Positions 59,001-64,000 of a stretch of DNA of 64,000 bases are shown piece by piece. Both the position numbers and the translations under genes were made by a program. The stretch is from an uncultured Methanosarcinales archaeon (GTDB lineage Archaea; Nanobdellota; Nanobdellia; Woesearchaeales; GW2011-AR9). Location of the stretch: the NCBI GenBank assembly GCA_964343575.1, contig CAYFJV010000002.1, forward strand, positions 133,585 through 197,584. The letters run 5' to 3'. The notes beneath the pieces are model-generated. The model was not told where the DNA came from. It saw nothing but the letters and a program-made list of their open reading frames with translations, and ran no database searches. Positions within the stretch are counted from its first letter, which is position 1; every line of letters begins with the position of its first letter.

Positions 59001-60008
59001 TTAGGCTTTCTTCGCTGCAGCAAGTTTTTTCTCGAGCTCTTCTTTTGCTTTATCTGCCATGAACTCGCCCTTAAAGAAATCAACTTTTGCAGCAATGCTC
59101 AGTTTGCTCGCAAGCGTTCTTGCCATCATTCCTTGCTTCTTTCTCGGAGCCCGTTGCACTAATGGGTGTGTAAAAATAACTCCGTACTTTGGGCTTGGTG
59201 CTCCTGTTTTAATGTGTCTGAAGAGGGCTTTTTCTGCTCCTAGAAGTTGAATGGTTGAGGAAGGGAGAAGTGCTAGGCGTCTAAGGGACTTTGCATGCTC
59301 AAAAAGTTTTGCACCAATGGTTGTTCCTGCTAATTCGAGGAAGTTGGGACAATAGTCTTCCATCATTTCTTGGAGGTACTTCTCGTGGCTTTTTCTTAAT
59401 TGGTAGAGATTTTTGATCTCTTGCGCAAGTAGCTCAATCTCCTTTATATCGTGTTTTTGCAGTTGCGCCCCCATACTTTCTTCTTCTTTGAGTTTAAGCT
59501 CTTTGAGTAAATCTTTTCTGGTCTTTGCTAGTATGAGGTTTACGAAGTGTTCATGGTCCTCAATATTGTGGTCAAGTTCAGGGAGCGAAAGATTGAACCA
59601 GTCTCTTAGACGTTTGCTTAGTTGATTGGTAATTTTGTCAAGATCATTAATGTTAGCGATTGCTTGGGTAATAAGGTTGTCTTGACTTACTGAAGTCCTG
59701 ATTGCCTCTTTACAAAGTTCAAGGTTTCTTTCTCGATAAGTTTTTTGGAATTTCTTTTTGTGTTCTTCGGTTTGGAAATGTGCGAGAATCTTTTGTAGCT
59801 GTTCTTTGTTTGGTTTTTGCGCTTCTGCTGCTTTTTTTGCTTTACTTTTTTTGTTCTGTTCTTTTTGTAATTGCGCTTCAAATTTGTCTCTGTTTTTGAA
59901 ATCGGCTAGTGAAGCAAAGCGTTTTTCTGCAAGAAGATTACATTCTTTGTCAAACAAAAAAGATCCGAGAACATTTGAGTAGATAAGCGTCATTTTCTTA
60001 GCTTGCAA
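59001..60008 (-). CDS. nop5: Nop5 (Nop56/58) C/D sRNP protein
   Basis: IQLLGAEKALFRH, PKYGVIF, AAKVDFF. Confidence 0.95.
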   Translation of the reverse strand: MQAKKMTLIYSNVLGSFLFDKECNLLAEKRFASLADFKNRDKFEAQLQKEQNKKSKAKKAAEAQKPNKEQLQKILAHFQTEEHKKKFQKTYRERNLELCKEAIRTSVSQDNLITQAIANINDLDKITNQLSKRLRDWFNLSLPELDHNIEDHEHFVNLILAKTRKDLLKELKLKEEESMGAQLQKHDIKEIELLAQEIKNLYQLRKSHEKYLQEMMEDYCPNFLELAGTTIGAKLFEHAKSLRRLALLPSSTIQLLGAEKALFRHIKTGAPSPKYGVIFTHPLVQRAPRKKQGMMARTLASKLSIAAKVDFFKGEFMADKAKEELEKKLAAAKKA

Positions 60009-60056
60009 GTGATAAGAAAAGTATATAAAAGTTCTCTTTACTTCTTTTTTTTGAGG

Positions 60057-60350
60057 ATGGGAAGTAATATCGCTGAGCTGGTAAGTTCTTCAGGTTCTGG
60101 GGGGGTTGAGGCTTCTGCGTCTGATGAGCCGCCCTTGGGGCATGCTTCTTGCCAATACTGTTCTTGTTCTTTACCTTTCTCAGAAGGAGCTTCTCACTGG
60201 GAAGAAGGTATTCATTATGTGGTGCATCGCTGTGCTTCTTGCGCTCGAGAAAGTTGGACTCGTGTGGAACTCAATGATTTCAATCCAGGTGGTTTTTTTG
60301 AGACTGAGAGTGTGATGGAGCCTTTGAGAAGAAAGGTCCCTTTGCGTTAG
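60057..60350 (+). CDS. small zinc-ribbon protein
   Basis: CQYC...CASC. Confidence 0.6.
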   Translation: MGSNIAELVSSSGSGGVEASASDEPPLGHASCQYCSCSLPFSEGASHWEEGIHYVVHRCASCARESWTRVELNDFNPGGFFETESVMEPLRRKVPLR

Positions 60351-60429
60351 AATTCTGCTTTTTGGTCCTGTTTCTCTTCATTCTTCTCATAAGTAGAAAC
60401 ATTTATAAAGGGGCGCGTTTGCAAGCCTG

Positions 60430-60645
60430 GCACGACAAAAATCAAGCGGGCTTTATCGTCAAACTGCTTTGTTTTGCAAAGGAAGTGACTCTGAAGTGTT
60501 GGCCTGAAAAGCTCTTCATCTTGAGCATGACTTTTAGATGAGAGCAAGAAATGGCTGTTGGAAGAAACCGCTTGGAAGGATAGATGTTGCTGTCGCAAGA
60601 AATCAGATAGGGACGCTATCTGTATAACAAGGGAGTCGTATTCAA
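60430..60645 (+). promoter_or_regulatory. structured 5' leader of the L3 ribosomal protein operon
   Basis: TTTATAAA 60402-60409; several long-range stems. Confidence 0.55.
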
Positions 60646-61635
60646 ATGGGAAAGGCAAGAAATCCACGAAGGGGAAGTATGCAGTTTTGGCCTAGAAAGC
60701 GCTCTAGACATAGCTTCGTTCGAGTAAGGTCTTGGGCTGATGAGAAAAAAGCAAAGGCTCTTGGATTTGTTGCTTACAAAGCAGGAATGACCCATTTACA
60801 AGTTGTGGATAATCGACCAAAGTCTGCTACCAAAGGTGAGAAAGTTGCGATCCCAGTAACTATCTTTGATTGTCCTTCCATGCAGGCTTACGGTGTTGCA
60901 TTTTACAAAAATGATGCTGTGGGCCGAACAAGAAAAGTTGGCTTTGTGTATGCAAGCGAACTTTCTAAAGAGCTCAAAAAACAGCTCTCTCGTCAACACC
61001 CAATCCCAAAACAACAACATTCTCTCGATTCATTCTCTAAAGATTTTGATTATCTTCGATTACTTATCGCTTCTCAACCAAAGCAAACAAGTGTTGGTGC
61101 AAAAAAGCCACAACTTCTTGAACTTGGAGTGGGGGGAAGCAAAGATGAGCAGCTTGCTTATGCAAAAGAGGTACTTGGTAAGGAACTTGCTCTTGGCGAT
61201 GTTCTTGCAGAAGGTGCTCTTGTTGATGTACATGCGGTAACCAAAGGAAAAGGTTTTCAAGGAGTTACTAAGCGATACGGTGTTCCTCTCAAAAGCCACA
61301 AGGCAGAGAAAGGGCAGCGAGGTATTGGTAACTTGGGAGCTTGGACTCCTAAACGAGTAGATTATCGTGTTGCTCAGCCAGGTAAGATGGGTTATCATTT
61401 ACGAACTGAATACAATAAACAAATCATCAAGATTGGAGAAAATGGCGAAGATGTGGTTCCAAGTTCCGGCCTTCACCAGTTTGGTCTTATCAAGAACAAA
61501 TACTTGTTATTGAAAGGATCTGTTGCTGGTCCTCGAAAAGGGGCTGTGCTTTTGACTGCTGCGATTCGACCAAAACTTAAGAAAGCAACTGTTTTCAAAG
61601 GGGCTCCCGAGATTAAGTTCCTTGCAAAGAGATGA
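60646..61635 (+). CDS. rpl3: 50S ribosomal protein uL3
   Basis: PRRGSMQFWPRKR, YKAGMTH, TKGKGFQG. Confidence 0.98.
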   Translation: MGKARNPRRGSMQFWPRKRSRHSFVRVRSWADEKKAKALGFVAYKAGMTHLQVVDNRPKSATKGEKVAIPVTIFDCPSMQAYGVAFYKNDAVGRTRKVGFVYASELSKELKKQLSRQHPIPKQQHSLDSFSKDFDYLRLLIASQPKQTSVGAKKPQLLELGVGGSKDEQLAYAKEVLGKELALGDVLAEGALVDVHAVTKGKGFQGVTKRYGVPLKSHKAEKGQRGIGNLGAWTPKRVDYRVAQPGKMGYHLRTEYNKQIIKIGENGEDVVPSSGLHQFGLIKNKYLLLKGSVAGPRKGAVLLTAAIRPKLKKATVFKGAPEIKFLAKR

Positions 61636-61675
61636 ATTGGTGAAAATTAAGAATTAAAATTATTGAGACTCAAAA

Positions 61676-62482
61676 ATGGAAGTAAAAATTGTTGGAAAAG
61701 GAAACAAGGCAAGCGGCTCAAAATCGCTTCCACTGCAGTTCCAAGAAGCTTATCGTCCTGACTTAATTAGGCGTGCAACTCATGCACTACAAAGCCAGGC
61801 AAGACAAGCCTATGGTGCAGATCCCAAGGCGGGTATGCGTCACTCTTCCAAATTGAGCAAAAGAAGAAGAAAGTACCGTGGATCTTATGGATTTGGTATC
61901 AGTCGAGTAAACAGAAAAATTTTGTCTCGGCGAGGAACTCGGTTCTTTTGGATTGGGGCTTTTTCTCCTCAAACTCGGGGTGGTCGACGATCTCATGCTC
62001 CAAAAGCAGAGAAAAAGTGGGCTCAAAAGATCAACAAGAAAGAGCGAAGAAAAGCTATTCGAAGTGCAATGTCTGCAACTCTAAACAAAGAAGTTGTTGC
62101 AGGACGTGGTCACAAAGTCCCTGAAAATTATCCTTTTATCTTAGCAAGTGATGTTGAAACTCTTGCAAAAACAAGCGATGTTCAAAAACTCCTCAAAGAG
62201 CTTGGTTTCGAAGCTGAACTTACTCGAAGTGCAGAGAAAAAAGTTCGTGCTGGTCGAGGAAAAACTCGTGGAAGAAAATACCAAAGAAAGAAAGGTGTTT
62301 TAGTTGTGGTCTCTGGGGAATGTGCTCTTGAGAAAGCTGCTCGAAACATTCCTGGTATTGATGTACTTCACGCGAACTCTTTGGATTGTACTGTGCTTGC
62401 ACCTGGTGCTCATGCGGGGCGTGTCGCACTTTGGACTGAAGCAGCAGTAAATAAAATTGAAGAAGGAAAACTTTATCTTTAA
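61676..62482 (+). CDS. rpl4: 50S ribosomal protein uL4
   Basis: RPDLIRRA, KINKKERR, LAPGAHAGR. Confidence 0.97.
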   Translation: MEVKIVGKGNKASGSKSLPLQFQEAYRPDLIRRATHALQSQARQAYGADPKAGMRHSSKLSKRRRKYRGSYGFGISRVNRKILSRRGTRFFWIGAFSPQTRGGRRSHAPKAEKKWAQKINKKERRKAIRSAMSATLNKEVVAGRGHKVPENYPFILASDVETLAKTSDVQKLLKELGFEAELTRSAEKKVRAGRGKTRGRKYQRKKGVLVVVSGECALEKAARNIPGIDVLHANSLDCTVLAPGAHAGRVALWTEAAVNKIEEGKLYL

Positions 62483-62501
62483 GATTAATTAAATTTCAAA
62501 A

Positions 62502-62837
62502 ATGGCAGAAGCAAAAAAACCAGCAAGTGCAGGAAAGGAATCCTCTGAAGTTGCAAAGAGTTTGTTAGAGGAAGCTTTGGACCCTTACTTGGTAATTCGC
62601 TCTCCATTAGCAACCGAGAAGTGTATTCGTGCTGTTGAGTTTGGAAACACTCTTACTTTTGCTGTTCATCCTCGCGCTACTAAGCGAGATGTAAAGAAGG
62701 CAGTTGAGCAGTTGTTTAAAGTGAAAGTTGCTAAGGTAAATATGCAGAATGCGGTTAATGGGACGAAGAAAGCTTATGTGAAATTGGCTCCAAGTCATTT
62801 GGCATCTGATGTGAGTGCTGACCTAGGGTTTATCTAG
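62502..62837 (+). CDS. rpl23: 50S ribosomal protein uL23
   Basis: PLATEK, NTLTF, KKAYVKL. Confidence 0.97.
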   Translation: MAEAKKPASAGKESSEVAKSLLEEALDPYLVIRSPLATEKCIRAVEFGNTLTFAVHPRATKRDVKKAVEQLFKVKVAKVNMQNAVNGTKKAYVKLAPSHLASDVSADLGFI

Positions 62838-62899
62838 GTGTGAGAAAATACTATTCAGAAAAAATCAAAACAAAAAATCAAATAAAACAAAGCTGAAAA

Positions 62900-63610
62900 A
62901 TGGGAAAACGAATCCTTCAACAACGACGTGGACGTGGATTTAGGTACCGCTCACCTAGTCATAGGTATAAAGGCGCAGCTAAACATTACGCTGAGTCGGC
63001 TGAAGGAGTAGTCCTTGATTTAGTAAACTGTCCTGGACACAGCGCACCTTTGATGGTTGTTGAGTTTGACACTGGTGATATGAACCTTACTTTGGCTCCA
63101 AAAGGGATCAAGGTTGGAAGTGCCGTTCGTGTTGGCTCTGTTCCCGAAGGTGGCGTGGTTTCAGATGGTACCGTTTTAGCTTTGAAGGACCTTCCTGAAG
63201 GGACTTTGGTCTACAACATTGAAGCTCGTCCAGGAGATGGTGGGAAGTTTGTTCGAAGTTCTGGCGCTTTTGCTAAGATTTTGGCAAAGACTGATGCTGG
63301 GGTTCGACTAAAGTTGCCTTCAAAACGAGAAAAAATCTTTTTACCGGATTGTCGTGCTGCCGTTGGTAGCGTTGCAGGGTCTGGTCGAACTGAAAAGCCC
63401 TTCTTGAAAGCTGGGAATAAATTTCATAAAATGCGAGCACGAAATAAGTTATATCCAAAAGTTTGTGGGGTGTCCATGAACTCTGTAGACCATCCATTCG
63501 GTGGAAGTAGCTCTCACAGTAAGGGAAGACCAACTCAGTCTCCTCGTAGTGCTCCTCCTGGAAGGAAGGTTGGTAAGATTGCTCCGAGACGAACAGGGAG
63601 GAAACGATAA
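62900..63610 (+). CDS. rpl2: 50S ribosomal protein uL2
   Basis: MGKRILQQRRGRG, MNSVDHPFGG. Confidence 0.98.
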   Translation: MGKRILQQRRGRGFRYRSPSHRYKGAAKHYAESAEGVVLDLVNCPGHSAPLMVVEFDTGDMNLTLAPKGIKVGSAVRVGSVPEGGVVSDGTVLALKDLPEGTLVYNIEARPGDGGKFVRSSGAFAKILAKTDAGVRLKLPSKREKIFLPDCRAAVGSVAGSGRTEKPFLKAGNKFHKMRARNKLYPKVCGVSMNSVDHPFGGSSSHSKGRPTQSPRSAPPGRKVGKIAPRRTGRKR

Positions 63611-63990
63611 TGGCAAAAGAACTCAAGTGGCGTGGTATGTCTGAAGCCCAGGTTAAAGAACTCGAGTGGGATGCTTTTTTGAAGTTGCTTCCTGCACGAA
63701 GGAGAAGGAGTTTAACTCGTGAACGTACTGATGATCAAAAGGCTTTGCTTAAGAAGATTGAAGCAGGTGAGCGAAACATCAAAACTCATAGTAGAAATAT
63801 GGTAGTAATTCCTGCTATGCTTGGACAAACCATTCATATTCACAGTGGAAAAACTTTTGTCCCGATCACTATTACTTTAGAAATGCTTGGACATTGCCTT
63901 GGCGAATTTGCACCAAGTCGAAAGATGGTAAGTCACAGCTCTGCAGGGGTTGGATCTACAAGGTCAAGTAAGGCGGTGTCTGCACGATAA
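63610..63990 (+). CDS. rps19: 30S ribosomal protein uS19
   Basis: IKTHSRNM, EMLGHCLGEF. Confidence 0.97.
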   Translation: MAKELKWRGMSEAQVKELEWDAFLKLLPARRRRSLTRERTDDQKALLKKIEAGERNIKTHSRNMVVIPAMLGQTIHIHSGKTFVPITITLEMLGHCLGEFAPSRKMVSHSSAGVGSTRSSKAVSAR

Positions 63991-64000
63991 GGAATGTTAA

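Noticed and set aside
60347..60667. 106-aa minus ORF; likewise 341-538 and 50282-50470
   Set aside because: No recognisable protein features; they overlap promoters or structured non-coding regions
1244..63626. Many 60-230-aa antisense or alternate-frame ORFs in the track
   Set aside because: Nested within well-supported genes; shadows of codon bias

Overview
Mostly core-genome window of an archaeon, most likely DPANN (Woesearchaeota-like). That assignment is inferred from the gene content (RadA, histone, Topo VI, PAN, Nop5, aRF1, aIF1A/5A, archaeal DnaG, LspA, giant glycosylated surface proteins), not from a search. It carries about 65 CDS, including two short genes missed by the ORF track: a cysteine-free eL40 and Sec61beta/SecG. 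RNA genes are tRNA-Arg(TCT) with two BHB introns (one in the D-loop), tRNA-Cys, and an RNase P RNA with unusual architecture. A scaffold gap just after tRNA-Cys is flanked by a repeat of the tRNA 3' end, suggesting a missing integrated element. Two tandem surface-protein genes share an identical 832-bp cassette. Several GC-richer, strongly self-complementary intergenic elements are present, some starting about 30 nt behind their own TATA box. Three of them carry segments resembling or complementary to conserved rRNA regions as I recall them. My best candidate for an undescribed system is a set of rRNA-targeting guide or chaperone sRNAs; this remains unverified.
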